DNA of 64,000 nucleotides from Candidatus Magasanikbacteria bacterium RIFOXYC2_FULL_42_28 (GTDB taxonomy: Bacteria > Patescibacteriota > Patescibacteriia > Magasanikbacterales > GWA2-37-8): NCBI GenBank assembly GCA_001784435.1, contig MFQZ01000010.1, positions 18,917 through 82,916 on the forward strand, written 5' to 3'. The notes under the pieces are model-generated. The model was not told the origin of the DNA, did not search any database, and saw only the letters and a list, made by a program, of their open reading frames with translations. Both the position numbers and the translations under genes were made by a program. This document shows, one piece after another, positions 18,310 through 27,209 of the stretch (position 1 is the stretch's first letter; each line of letters starts with the position of its first letter).

Positions 18310-19188
18310 GTGTATTTGTCTAAATTTAAAAATTTAATTATTATCGCATTAGTTTTTGTGTTATTTCCGAATGTAGCATTTGCCGCATCGTTATATTTTA
18401 ATTCTCCTAAAACCGATTACACCGTCGGCGAGCAATTTACCGCCAGTGTTTTGGTGGATTCAGTTAGCGAGCCGATTAACGCGTTTGAGGGTAAATTGGT
18501 TTTTTCTGATGATCAGTTGGAGGTGAAAGAAATTTTTATCGGTAATTCTATTATAAATTTTTGGCTGGACGCGCCTAAGGCCGATAAGGGTGAGATCAGA
18601 TTTTCCGGCATTGTGCCGGGCGGGTTTCAAGGTGATAATGGGTTATTGTTTTCGGCAGTATTTAGGGTTTTGTCAACGGGGTCAGGAGCAATAAAATTTT
18701 CGGATTATAAATTATTATTAAATGATGGACTCGGAACAATGGCCGTAACCACGGTGGCTAATTTAAATTTAACTATTAAACCGCTCGCTATTGGCGCGAG
18801 CGCGCCCGACTATTTACCATTTCCCGATGGCACTTTGCCCGAAGAATTTACACCGGAATTGACGCGCTCGCCGGAAGAATTTGGCAATCAATGGTTTTTA
18901 GTTTTTGCGACTCAAGACAAGGGTTCGGGCATTGATTACTACGAGGTGTGTGAAGGTAGCCAAGATAATTGCGAAAAAACCGACAGCCCGTATATTTTAA
19001 AAGACCAAAATTTAGTTGGTAAAATTTTTGTAAAAGCGGTTGATAAGCGTGGCAACGGTCGTTTGGTTGTTTTAGAGCCGCCGGGCGGTTTGGTGTGGTA
19101 TGAAAAATACCAAAATTATGTTATAATATTATTAGTATCAATTGCTTCTATTTTGTTAGTCCTCAAAAAATATGCGCGGAGGGTTTAA
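18310..19188 (+). CDS. cohesin-like domain protein with a C-terminal TM anchor
   Basis: Signal peptide. AASLYFNSPKTDYTVGEQFTASVLVDSVSEPINAFEGKLVFSDDQLEV...GEIRFSGIV...GLLFSAVFRVLSTGSGAIKF fits the cohesin consensus. C-terminal TM VIILLVSIASILLVL. Confidence 0.6.
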   Translation: MYLSKFKNLIIIALVFVLFPNVAFAASLYFNSPKTDYTVGEQFTASVLVDSVSEPINAFEGKLVFSDDQLEVKEIFIGNSIINFWLDAPKADKGEIRFSGIVPGGFQGDNGLLFSAVFRVLSTGSGAIKFSDYKLLLNDGLGTMAVTTVANLNLTIKPLAIGASAPDYLPFPDGTLPEEFTPELTRSPEEFGNQWFLVFATQDKGSGIDYYEVCEGSQDNCEKTDSPYILKDQNLVGKIFVKAVDKRGNGRLVVLEPPGGLVWYEKYQNYVIILLVSIASILLVLKKYARRV

Positions 19189-20914
19189 ATATTTATTAGC
19201 GGTTTTATTTTTTCTTTTATTGCCGACGGGCGCGGGTGCGGCGTCTTTATATTTGTCGCCCGCATCCGGCTCCTACGCCTTGAACAGTAATATCGCGGTG
19301 AATGTTTACGTTAGTAGCGCCGACAAAGCCATGAACGCGGTTTCGGGCGCGTTGGATTTTCCGGCGGATAAATTACAAGTGACTTCGGTTTCCAAAGCCG
19401 GCTCGGTAATTAATCTGTGGGTGACGGAGCCGTCGTATTCCAATTCCAATGGCACGGTTAATTTTGAAGGCGTGGCGTTAAATCCCGGTTATACCGGCAG
19501 TGGTGGCAAAATTATTACCATAAATTTCAAAGTAAAATCGGCGGGCGCGGGCGCGGTTAGTTTTATTTTCGGTTCGGTGTTGGCCAACGATGGCCAAGGT
19601 ACGGAAATTTTAACTGGCAAAAGTGGCGCCGGGTTTACTTTGGGCGAAGGAAAACCATTACCACCACCGGTTGAGGCGCCGGTGCCAGCCGGTAAACCGG
19701 TCGCGCCCAATGTCAGTTCTGTAACTCATCCGGACCCGGATAAATGGTATTCAGTGAAAGACGCGAAATTTGCGTGGAGTTTACCGGTCGGTGTTTCTAA
19801 AGCGCGTTTGTTAGTTGACAGTAAAGCCGACTCTGATCCCTCGGTGGTATATTCTCCGGCAGTTGGCGAAAAAGAAATGAAAGATGTTGGCGATGGCGTT
19901 TGGTATTTTCACGCGCAATTAAATAATGCCAAAGGTTGGGGAGGCATCGCGCATTTCCGTTTTCAAATTGATTCGGCTAACCCCATTGATTTGAAAGTAG
20001 TGGAGGTTAAGCGTGAAGATCAAACTGACCCACGCGTATCATTTAAATTAACCGCGGTTGACGATGGTTCGGGAATTGATTATTATGAAATTCGGGTTGA
20101 TAACACCGCGCCGATAATTTGGAAAGATGCCGGCACGCCAATTTATGAAACAGTCTCGTTAAAATCCGGTGATCATATTTTGACCGTGCGCGTTTTTGAT
20201 CAAGCGGGTAATTCTGCTTTGGAATCATTAAATTTTTCTATTAAGTCATTGGCGCAACCGGTCATAGAAAATTATCCGGAAAATTTACGTACCGGTTCTC
20301 CGCTTGTGATAATCGGCAAGACCTACCCGAGCAGTCAGGTGACCGGATATTTACAAAAGGGCGCGACCGAGCCGGTGGCAATCTCTGTGATGAGTGATGT
20401 GAATGGGCGGTTTGTGTTCGCGCCCAGCGATGAATTACGTTCGGGAAATTATTTAGTGTGGTTTCAAGTAGTGAAAGATAATGGTGCGCGTAGTGCCACG
20501 ACCGACAAATTCGCGATCGCGGTTTCTGAGCCGGCGATTTTGCGTGTTGGGTCATTGGCGGTAAATGTTTTGGCCGTAATAATTCCATTAATTGCACTCG
20601 TTATAATGTTGGGTGGTGTGCTGTGGTATGGCGCCTATCGGTTTAAACAGACGCGCCAAAGTTTGCGTGTGAAGACCGATGAAGTTGGTTTGGCGCGTCG
20701 GGCGTTTGACGCCTTGCTTGTGAATTTACAATCCGAAATAGATGTATTAGAACGCACTCATTTGAAACGCAAATTGACCGTTGAAGAAACTGCGATTTTG
20801 GGGCAATTGAAAAATGATTTGGCGGAAGCTCAAAAATTTTTAGGATGCAAACCAAAACCGCTTTTTGTGCCAAAAGTTATTCTTGGCAAGAGTATTAAGC
20901 CAAAAAAACGCTAA
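19172..20914 (+). CDS. cohesin-like domain membrane protein (cohesin, Pro-rich linker, Ig-like modules shared with the dockerin protein, TM, cytoplasmic coiled-coil tail)
   Basis: AASLYLSPASGSYALNSNIAVNVYVSSADKAMNAVSGALDFPADKLQV...GKIITINFKVKSAGAGAVSF cohesin pattern. GKTYPSSQVTGYLQKG...GNYLVWFQV module is homologous to GRAYPGSSVTLLKDG...GNYIFSLYT of the 17162 protein. TM LAVNVLAVIIPLIALVIMLGGVLWYGAY. Confidence 0.6.
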   Translation: MRGGFKYLLAVLFFLLLPTGAGAASLYLSPASGSYALNSNIAVNVYVSSADKAMNAVSGALDFPADKLQVTSVSKAGSVINLWVTEPSYSNSNGTVNFEGVALNPGYTGSGGKIITINFKVKSAGAGAVSFIFGSVLANDGQGTEILTGKSGAGFTLGEGKPLPPPVEAPVPAGKPVAPNVSSVTHPDPDKWYSVKDAKFAWSLPVGVSKARLLVDSKADSDPSVVYSPAVGEKEMKDVGDGVWYFHAQLNNAKGWGGIAHFRFQIDSANPIDLKVVEVKREDQTDPRVSFKLTAVDDGSGIDYYEIRVDNTAPIIWKDAGTPIYETVSLKSGDHILTVRVFDQAGNSALESLNFSIKSLAQPVIENYPENLRTGSPLVIIGKTYPSSQVTGYLQKGATEPVAISVMSDVNGRFVFAPSDELRSGNYLVWFQVVKDNGARSATTDKFAIAVSEPAILRVGSLAVNVLAVIIPLIALVIMLGGVLWYGAYRFKQTRQSLRVKTDEVGLARRAFDALLVNLQSEIDVLERTHLKRKLTVEETAILGQLKNDLAEAQKFLGCKPKPLFVPKVILGKSIKPKKR

Positions 20915-20923
20915 GATTAGCAA

Positions 20924-21011
20924 AGCGCAATCTGTCAAGACCCGACGCTTAGCGTCGGTAATGGGACGCTGAGCGTCCCCCTTGACAGATTTTTTATTTG
21001 TGATATAATCA
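20924..21011 (+). promoter_or_regulatory. nested-hairpin terminator-like structure overlapping the rpsA promoter (TTGACA at 20982-20987, TATAAT at 21004-21009)
   Basis: Outer inverted repeat AATCTGTCAAG...CTTGACAGATT encloses two inner hairpins, GACGCTTAGCGTC and GGACGCTGAGCGTCC. The -35 hexamer is the 3-prime arm of the outer stem. Confidence 0.5.
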
Positions 21012-21098
21012 TTTCAGATTTAATTAAGCCCTTTTGGGCACTCGGCTCCCGATTTAATCGGGACGGGCTAAGCGCGTTTTTTTTGTTCTATAAATTAT

Positions 21099-22307
21099 AT
21101 GACTTTAAGTGACAAGACCAGTGTAAAGCCGGATTTTAAAACATTACTGCAAGACAACCCGATTAATTTTCCCAAAGTGGGGGATTTGGTTAAGGGTAAG
21201 GTATTGTCTGTGGACAAAGGCGAAATTCACGTTGATATTGAAGGATTGACCACCGGTGTGGTGCGGGGCGCGGAGTTGTTCGCGGAATCGCGCGAGCATG
21301 CTAATTTGAAAGTAGGCGACGAAGTGGAAGCGACGGTTACGGAAATGGAAAATGAAAATGGAGAATTGGAATTGTCGTTCCGCATCGCCGGTTTTCAACG
21401 CGCTTGGGATGCTGTTAAGAAATGGATGAAAGACGGCTTGACCATTAAAGCCAAAATTACCGGCGCTAACAAGGGAGGGCTCATGATGCAAGTAGAGGCC
21501 CTGGCCGGTTTTATGCCGGTATCGCAATTGTCTCCGGAAAATTACCCGCGCGTGGCCGGTGGGGACAAAAATCGTATTTTTGAAAAATTACAAGAATTGA
21601 TTGGCACTGATATGGAGGTTAAAGTAATTGACGCTGATGAAAAAGATGAAAAATTAATCGTGTCCGCGCGCGCGGTGTGGGAAGACAGCCAAAAAGCGGT
21701 ATTGGATTCTTACAAAGTGGGCGATACGGTGGACGGTGAAGTAAGCGCCCTGACATCATTTGGCGCGTTCTTGAAATTTGGCGAGGGCTTAGAAGGGTTG
21801 GTTCATATTTCCGAAATTGCTTGGCAGAGAATTGAACACCCGCGCGATTTGTTAAAAGTAGGAGACAGAGTCAAGGCCAAAATTATTCAATTGGATAAAT
21901 CCAAAATTTATTTGTCGTTGAAACGGTTAGTAGATGATCCGTGGAAACAGGTGGCGGAGAAATATAAAGTGGGCGACAAGGTAAAAGGAAAAATTATTAA
22001 AATTGAAGCGTTCGGTCTCATGGTCGCGCTTGATCAGAATATTCATGGTTTGGCGCATGTGTCGGAATTGTCCGACGCGCCTTTGGCCAATGTCGCTGAC
22101 AAATTTAAAATCAACCAAGAAGTGGAATTTGAAATCGTCAATATTGAGGCGATTGAACACCGCTTGGGTTTGCGCGTGGCCGGAGTAAAAGGAAAAGCGC
22201 CGAAAGCGCCAAAGGCGAAAAAGGGTGAAAAGAGCGAAAAAGCCGAAGAGACGCCCGAGGCCAAAGCGGAAACGAAATCGGAGTTAGAAGAAAAAAAGGC
22301 CGAGTAA
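21099..22307 (+). CDS. rpsA: 30S ribosomal protein S1 (four S1 domains, Lys/Glu-rich tail)
   Basis: Repeated S1-domain pattern GDLVKGKVLSVDKGEIHVDI, GDTVDGEVSALTSFGAFLKF..GLVHISEIAW and GDKVKGKIIKIEAFGLMVAL..HGLAHVSEL. Confidence 0.85.
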   Translation: MTLSDKTSVKPDFKTLLQDNPINFPKVGDLVKGKVLSVDKGEIHVDIEGLTTGVVRGAELFAESREHANLKVGDEVEATVTEMENENGELELSFRIAGFQRAWDAVKKWMKDGLTIKAKITGANKGGLMMQVEALAGFMPVSQLSPENYPRVAGGDKNRIFEKLQELIGTDMEVKVIDADEKDEKLIVSARAVWEDSQKAVLDSYKVGDTVDGEVSALTSFGAFLKFGEGLEGLVHISEIAWQRIEHPRDLLKVGDRVKAKIIQLDKSKIYLSLKRLVDDPWKQVAEKYKVGDKVKGKIIKIEAFGLMVALDQNIHGLAHVSELSDAPLANVADKFKINQEVEFEIVNIEAIEHRLGLRVAGVKGKAPKAPKAKKGEKSEKAEETPEAKAETKSELEEKKAE

Positions 22308-22315
22308 TTGCGTTT

Positions 22316-22350
22316 GTCATTCCGACCGCAGTGGAGGAATCCCTTAACGT
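22316..22350. repeat. GC-rich hairpin repeat (family H1: TGTCAT-YCC-GA...GA-GGR-ATCCC), intergenic copy
   Basis: tgtcattccgaccgcagtggaggaatccc. Near-identical copy with compensatory stem changes inside pyrC (2064-2096, opposite strand). Related copies at 29309-29341 and 60499-60586. Confidence 0.7.
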
Positions 22351-22367
22351 TAAAATACACTTCAAAT

Positions 22368-22396
22368 CCCTCCTGACAAAATCAGGGGGGATTTTT
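22368..22396 (+). terminator. intrinsic terminator after rpsA
   Basis: ccctcctgacaaaatcagggggg followed by attttt. Confidence 0.6.
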
Positions 22397-22423
22397 GACA
22401 AAAAGGGGGTTTTGGGGTATTAT
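22395..22423 (+). promoter_or_regulatory. candidate ftsH promoter TTGACA-17-TATTAT
   Basis: ttgacaaaaagggggttttggggtattat. Confidence 0.5.
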
Positions 22424-22458
22424 ATATTGAAGATAGCTGTAAATCTTAAATATTTTTT

Positions 22459-24291
22459 ATGCACAATTTTTTGAAAAATTTCTTAATGATATTCCTCGTG
22501 CTCGTGCTGGTAGCCGGGGTTTTGTCAATGACGCAAACCGGAGCGGACAAAAAGCCGGAACAAATTGATATTGCCAAATTGGCGGTTGAGATTAACGCCA
22601 ATGAAGTGAAAAAAGTGACGGTTTCCGGTGATATGCTCACGGTGGAGTTAAAAGATGCCAACGCCAAACCACAGACATTAAAAAAAGAGACCGGTGAGTC
22701 GTTTGGAGAATTAATGAAAAATTATGGTGTTACCGATACGGCACGTCAAAATTTGGTGGTGGAAATTAAAGACGAAAGTGGTTTCAAATTTTGGGCAATT
22801 AATTTATTGCCGATAATACTGCCACTGGTTATTATTATCGGATTTTTATATTTCATGACTAGGAGCGCGCAAGGGATGAATAACAAGGCGATGGGTTTTG
22901 GTCAAAGCAATCCGCGTCAAGCGAACGCGTCAGACAAAGATAAAAAAACTTTTGCCGATGTGGCCGGAGCGGTTGAAGCCAAAGAAGAATTAAGCGAAGT
23001 CGTGGATTTTTTGAAAGATCCGAAAAAATTTGCGGCTATGGGCGCGAAAATTCCCAAAGGCGTTTTGCTGATGGGCAATCCGGGCGTGGGTAAAACTCTT
23101 TTTGCTAAAGCCGTGGCCGGAGAAGCAGGCGTGCCGTTTTTTCACATGTCCGGTTCGGAATTTGTGGAAATGTTTGTGGGCGTGGGTGCGTCACGCGTGC
23201 GTGATTTATTTGGTAAAGCCAAAAAAGCGGCGCCGGCCATTGTGTTTATTGATGAGATTGACGCGGTGGGGCGCAGGCGCGGTGCCGGATTGGGCGGTGG
23301 GCATGACGAACGCGAACAAACTTTAAATCAAATTTTAGTGGAAATGGACGGGTTTGAACCGAATTTGGGCGTGATTGTAATGGCAGCGACTAATCGCCAT
23401 GATGTTTTGGATCCGGCCTTACTTCGCCCGGGTCGGTTTGATCGGCGTGTTACGATTGATATGCCGGATATTCGCGACCGTGAGGAAATTTTGAAAATTC
23501 ACGCAGCCAATAAGCCGTTGGCCAAAGAAGTATCTTTGAATCGGTTGGCGCAACGCACACCCGGATTTTCCGGCGCGGATTTGGCCAACTTGTTGAACGA
23601 AGCGGCGATCTTGGCAGTGCGGCGCAATAAAAAAATTATTGATGAAATTGAGGTATTGGAATCGGTAGAAAAAGTATTGCTTGGTCCGGAGCGCAAAAGT
23701 AGAATTATTTCTGACAAAGATAAAAAAATGACCGCGTATCACGAAGCCGGTCACGCGGTGGTGGGGTATTTTTTGCCCAATTGCGATCCGGTGCGCAAGG
23801 TGTCAATTATTTCGCGCGGGAGTGCCGGCGGTTATACTTTAAAAATGCCTTCCGAAGACAAACACTATCACACCTTGGCGCAATTTAAAGATGAACTTGC
23901 GATGATGATGGGTGGATATGTGGCCGAAAAAATGATTTATGGTGAAAACGAAATTTCTACCGGTCCGTCTTCGGATTTAAGAAACGCCACTTCCACCGCG
24001 CGCGCGATGGTAACCGCCTATGGTATGAGCGACAAATTAGGTCCGCGTACTTTTGGCAAGAGTGATGATATGATATTTTTGGGGCGCGAAATCCACGAAC
24101 AGGTGGATTATTCCGACAAAACCGCCGAAGTGATTGATTCGGAAGTATTGCGCTTGGTAAATGAAGCCCGCGAACGTGCGGAAAAATTATTGACGGAAAA
24201 GCGTCCGGAAATGGAAAAATTAGTGGTGGTGCTTATGGAAAAAGAAACAGTTGAGCAGGAGGAGATTGTGGCGGTGTTGGGAAGTAAATAG
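22459..24291 (+). CDS. ftsH: ATP-dependent zinc metalloprotease FtsH
   Basis: N-terminal TM, Walker [24 protein letters not shown], second region of homology, and zinc site HEAGHAVVG. Confidence 0.95.
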   Translation: MHNFLKNFLMIFLVLVLVAGVLSMTQTGADKKPEQIDIAKLAVEINANEVKKVTVSGDMLTVELKDANAKPQTLKKETGESFGELMKNYGVTDTARQNLVVEIKDESGFKFWAINLLPIILPLVIIIGFLYFMTRSAQGMNNKAMGFGQSNPRQANASDKDKKTFADVAGAVEAKEELSEVVDFLKDPKKFAAMGAKIPKGVLLMGNPGVGKTLFAKAVAGEAGVPFFHMSGSEFVEMFVGVGASRVRDLFGKAKKAAPAIVFIDEIDAVGRRRGAGLGGGHDEREQTLNQILVEMDGFEPNLGVIVMAATNRHDVLDPALLRPGRFDRRVTIDMPDIRDREEILKIHAANKPLAKEVSLNRLAQRTPGFSGADLANLLNEAAILAVRRNKKIIDEIEVLESVEKVLLGPERKSRIISDKDKKMTAYHEAGHAVVGYFLPNCDPVRKVSIISRGSAGGYTLKMPSEDKHYHTLAQFKDELAMMMGGYVAEKMIYGENEISTGPSSDLRNATSTARAMVTAYGMSDKLGPRTFGKSDDMIFLGREIHEQVDYSDKTAEVIDSEVLRLVNEARERAEKLLTEKRPEMEKLVVVLMEKETVEQEEIVAVLGSK

Positions 24292-24310
24292 CGTTTTTTA
24301 AGTGATTTAT

Positions 24311-24342
24311 CCCCAGTTTATACTGGGGATTTTTTATTATTA
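24311..24342 (+). terminator. intrinsic terminator after ftsH
   Basis: atccccagtttatactggggat followed by tttttatt. Confidence 0.7.
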
Positions 24343-24395
24343 AAAAATGTGGTATAATATATCTATCTGGTGTTAAACAACCAATTATTAATTAT

Positions 24396-25361
24396 ATGCG
24401 CGAACCAAATTATAGTGAGGCTTTTTCCCATTCTTGGCAAATGGTGAAAGAGCACAAAATTTTGTGGGTGTTTGGTTTATTGTCGGTGTGTTTGGGGCAG
24501 TGGGGTTTGGCGAATTTTTTGGGCGGGTTGAATATGGTCGGGTTAAATCAATATGGTGCCTCTTGGCATAATTTTTCTTCACTATTTTTACTTTTGCAAA
24601 TTGCTGGCGAAGGTGTGATTCCGTTTTTGTTAGTTTTGTGGTTATTCGTCGTGGGCGCGGCGCTTTTTATTTTGATGATATTCGTGGCCGTGGTCGCGCG
24701 GGGCGCTTTAATTGCCGCGGTCGGGCATTGGTTTGCCAAAGATGGCAAGGTATCGCTGGCGCTCGTTTGGCGTCATGGCGTGAAAAATTTTTGGAAATTA
24801 TTAGTGTTGGTTATTTTAACCAGATTGTTTGAGGTTGCGCTATTGATTTCGGCGCTCGGGGTTTTTGCTCTTTGTGGCAATTCCACCGCCGGGTTTATCA
24901 GTCAAGCCTTTTTTGGCGCTTTGGCTTTGGCGGTCGGGATTGCTTTGGAGGCGGTGATGATTTTTGCCTCTGGGTATGTGGTGATTGATGGCGAGTCCGT
25001 GTCTAATTCTATTGCTCGCGCTTGGCGTTTATTTACTCGTCATATTTTGATTACTTTAGAATTGGGGGTATTATTGACGGTAGCAAGTTTACTGGTGGCT
25101 GTGGTAGTTATATTAGCCGGTTCTTTGGTGCTTATTCCCGCCATGATTGTCTGGTTGTTCGCCATTTTGACCGGCTTAAACGGGTTGTTTAGTTTTGGTT
25201 TTATTTTGGCCTGGGTTTTATTTGTGATGGTAATCGGTTTGGCCGCGGCGATTTTCAACGCTTTTAACACGAGCGTTTGGATGTATTTGTTTGTTAAGAT
25301 GCATCGCGAGAGTTATGTGGGGTGGGTGTTAAATACAGTGAAAAAGTTATTTAGTAAATAA
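24396..25361 (+). CDS. polytopic membrane protein, unknown function
   Basis: 321 aa, eight or more hydrophobic segments. Extended -10 promoter tgtggtataat at about 24345-24358. Confidence 0.5.
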   Translation: MREPNYSEAFSHSWQMVKEHKILWVFGLLSVCLGQWGLANFLGGLNMVGLNQYGASWHNFSSLFLLLQIAGEGVIPFLLVLWLFVVGAALFILMIFVAVVARGALIAAVGHWFAKDGKVSLALVWRHGVKNFWKLLVLVILTRLFEVALLISALGVFALCGNSTAGFISQAFFGALALAVGIALEAVMIFASGYVVIDGESVSNSIARAWRLFTRHILITLELGVLLTVASLLVAVVVILAGSLVLIPAMIVWLFAILTGLNGLFSFGFILAWVLFVMVIGLAAAIFNAFNTSVWMYLFVKMHRESYVGWVLNTVKKLFSK

Positions 25362-25368
25362 ACAAGTT

Positions 25369-25478
25369 AATGTCAAATTTCCAATTTCCAATGTCAAATC
25401 AAATCCAAAGCCAAAATATCAAATTTGACATTTGACATTGTCTTGGAAATTGGGAATTTGGATTTTGAAATTATCATT
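25369..25478. repeat. palindromic MITE-like element, copy C (family P1), ending exactly at the pilB ATG
   Basis: aatgtcaaatttccaatttccaatgtcaaatcaaatccaaagccaaaatatcaaatttgacatttgacattgtcttggaaattgggaatttggattttgaaattatcatt. Confidence 0.85.
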
Positions 25479-27197
25479 ATGTCTTTTCCGTCAATCAATG
25501 ATTTAACAAAAAAAGATGACGATCAAAACGCGCCCCAAACCGGCGCGGATTGGGATTCCACCAAGTCCAAATTTGATCGCAAGATGGGTGATATTCGGAT
25601 TAAAGAATTAGAGCAAGAAGCGTCTGCGTTTGCCACTGCGTCCGGTTTGCAGTATCTGGATTTGACCGGTTTCCCGGTGTCGCCCGAGGCCTTACGCGCG
25701 GTGCCGGAAGCAATCGCCCGTGAAAAAAATCTTGTTTGTTTTTATTATTCTCCGAGCGAATTGCGCGTCGGGGTACTTCTGCCTTTGGAGGAAAATGACG
25801 ATTTTATTTATCAATTGGGCGAACGTCATCACGCGCCGGTTATTACCTATCTGATTTCCGAGCATAGTTTAGAAAAAGTTTTAAAATTATACGCGACTTT
25901 ACCGATTGTCAAACCAATTACCAAAGATGTTAATATCACGGATGAGGAATTAAATAAATTTGGTTCTGATATTAAAGATTTGGCCGGTTTAGAAAAAAAA
26001 TTTCTTAATATTTCCATTACCGATATTTTGTCTTTAATGATTTCCGCGGCGATTAAATTAAACGCGTCGGATATTCACGTGGAAGCCGAAGAAAAAGGCA
26101 TTGCCGTGCGTTATCGCGTGGATGGGGTGTTACACGAAGTGGCCAATTTACCACATTCGGAATGGGAAAAATTTATTTCGCGCATTAAATTGTTGTCGGC
26201 GTTAAAAATCAATGTTAATAATCGTCCGCAAGACGGTCGGGTTACCATTAAACTTGATTCCGGCAGTTTGGATTTGCGCGTGTCCACGTTGCCAACCACT
26301 TACGGCGAATCAGTCGTGATGCGTATTTTGCACAGTGGCACCAAGGGGGTGATGTTTGATGAATTAGGTATTCGCGGAGCGGCGTATGTGCGTTTGAAGC
26401 GCGAAATTGAACGTCCGAACGGTATGATTGTCACCACCGGTCCGACCGGTTCCGGTAAAACTACTACTTTATACGCGATTTTGCGCACTTTGAATAAACC
26501 GGGGGTAAAAATTATTACGGTAGAAGATCCGGTGGAAATTAAAATGCAAGGTGTGGTGCAAAGTCAGGTAGATATTGCTCGTGATTATACTTTTGCCAAG
26601 GCCTTGCGCAGTATTTTGCGTCAGGACCCGGATATTTGTATGGTCGGTGAAATCCGCGATTTAGAATCAGCCGAAATTGCCATCCAGTCCGCTTTGACCG
26701 GTCATTTGCTTTTATCCACTATCCACACCAACAGCGCTTCGGGCGCGATTCCGCGTTTTATGTCAATGGGTGTGAAACCGTTTTTACTTGCGCCGGCTTT
26801 AAACGCGGTGATGGGTCAGCGGTTGGTGCGCCGGATTTGCGAAAAATGTATTGAAGAACAGGAGTTGGACAGCGAAATGTTAGAGCGAGTCGGGAAAATT
26901 ATCGCGTCCTTGCCGGCGGAAGAAAAAGCGCGCGTTACGGAAAAAGGATTAACATTTTATCATGGCAAAGGATGCCCGGAATGTAGTGGGCTGGGCTACA
27001 AAGGCCGAATCGGTATTTATGAAATTTTTGTAATGACCAAAGAAATTGAAAGTTTGATATTGGGCGGTGGCGCTTCGGAATACGAAATCCAAGAGTTGGC
27101 CGCGAAAGATGGGATGTTGACGATGGCGCAAGATGGAATTTTAAAAGCTTTAGATAAAATGACAAGTGTGGAAGAAGTTTTCCGCGTGTCAGAATAA
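25479..27197 (+). CDS. pilB: type II/IV secretion system ATPase (PilB/GspE family)
   Basis: T2SSE N-terminal domain, Walker A GPTGSGKTTTLYA, Asp and His boxes, C-terminal C4 zinc motif CEKC...CPEC. Start MSFPSIND (ATG at 25479). The upstream ORF-track extension is repeat-encoded. Confidence 0.85.
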   Translation: MSFPSINDLTKKDDDQNAPQTGADWDSTKSKFDRKMGDIRIKELEQEASAFATASGLQYLDLTGFPVSPEALRAVPEAIAREKNLVCFYYSPSELRVGVLLPLEENDDFIYQLGERHHAPVITYLISEHSLEKVLKLYATLPIVKPITKDVNITDEELNKFGSDIKDLAGLEKKFLNISITDILSLMISAAIKLNASDIHVEAEEKGIAVRYRVDGVLHEVANLPHSEWEKFISRIKLLSALKINVNNRPQDGRVTIKLDSGSLDLRVSTLPTTYGESVVMRILHSGTKGVMFDELGIRGAAYVRLKREIERPNGMIVTTGPTGSGKTTTLYAILRTLNKPGVKIITVEDPVEIKMQGVVQSQVDIARDYTFAKALRSILRQDPDICMVGEIRDLESAEIAIQSALTGHLLLSTIHTNSASGAIPRFMSMGVKPFLLAPALNAVMGQRLVRRICEKCIEEQELDSEMLERVGKIIASLPAEEKARVTEKGLTFYHGKGCPECSGLGYKGRIGIYEIFVMTKEIESLILGGGASEYEIQELAAKDGMLTMAQDGILKALDKMTSVEEVFRVSE

Positions 27198-27209
27198 ATT
27201 AAAAAATTT

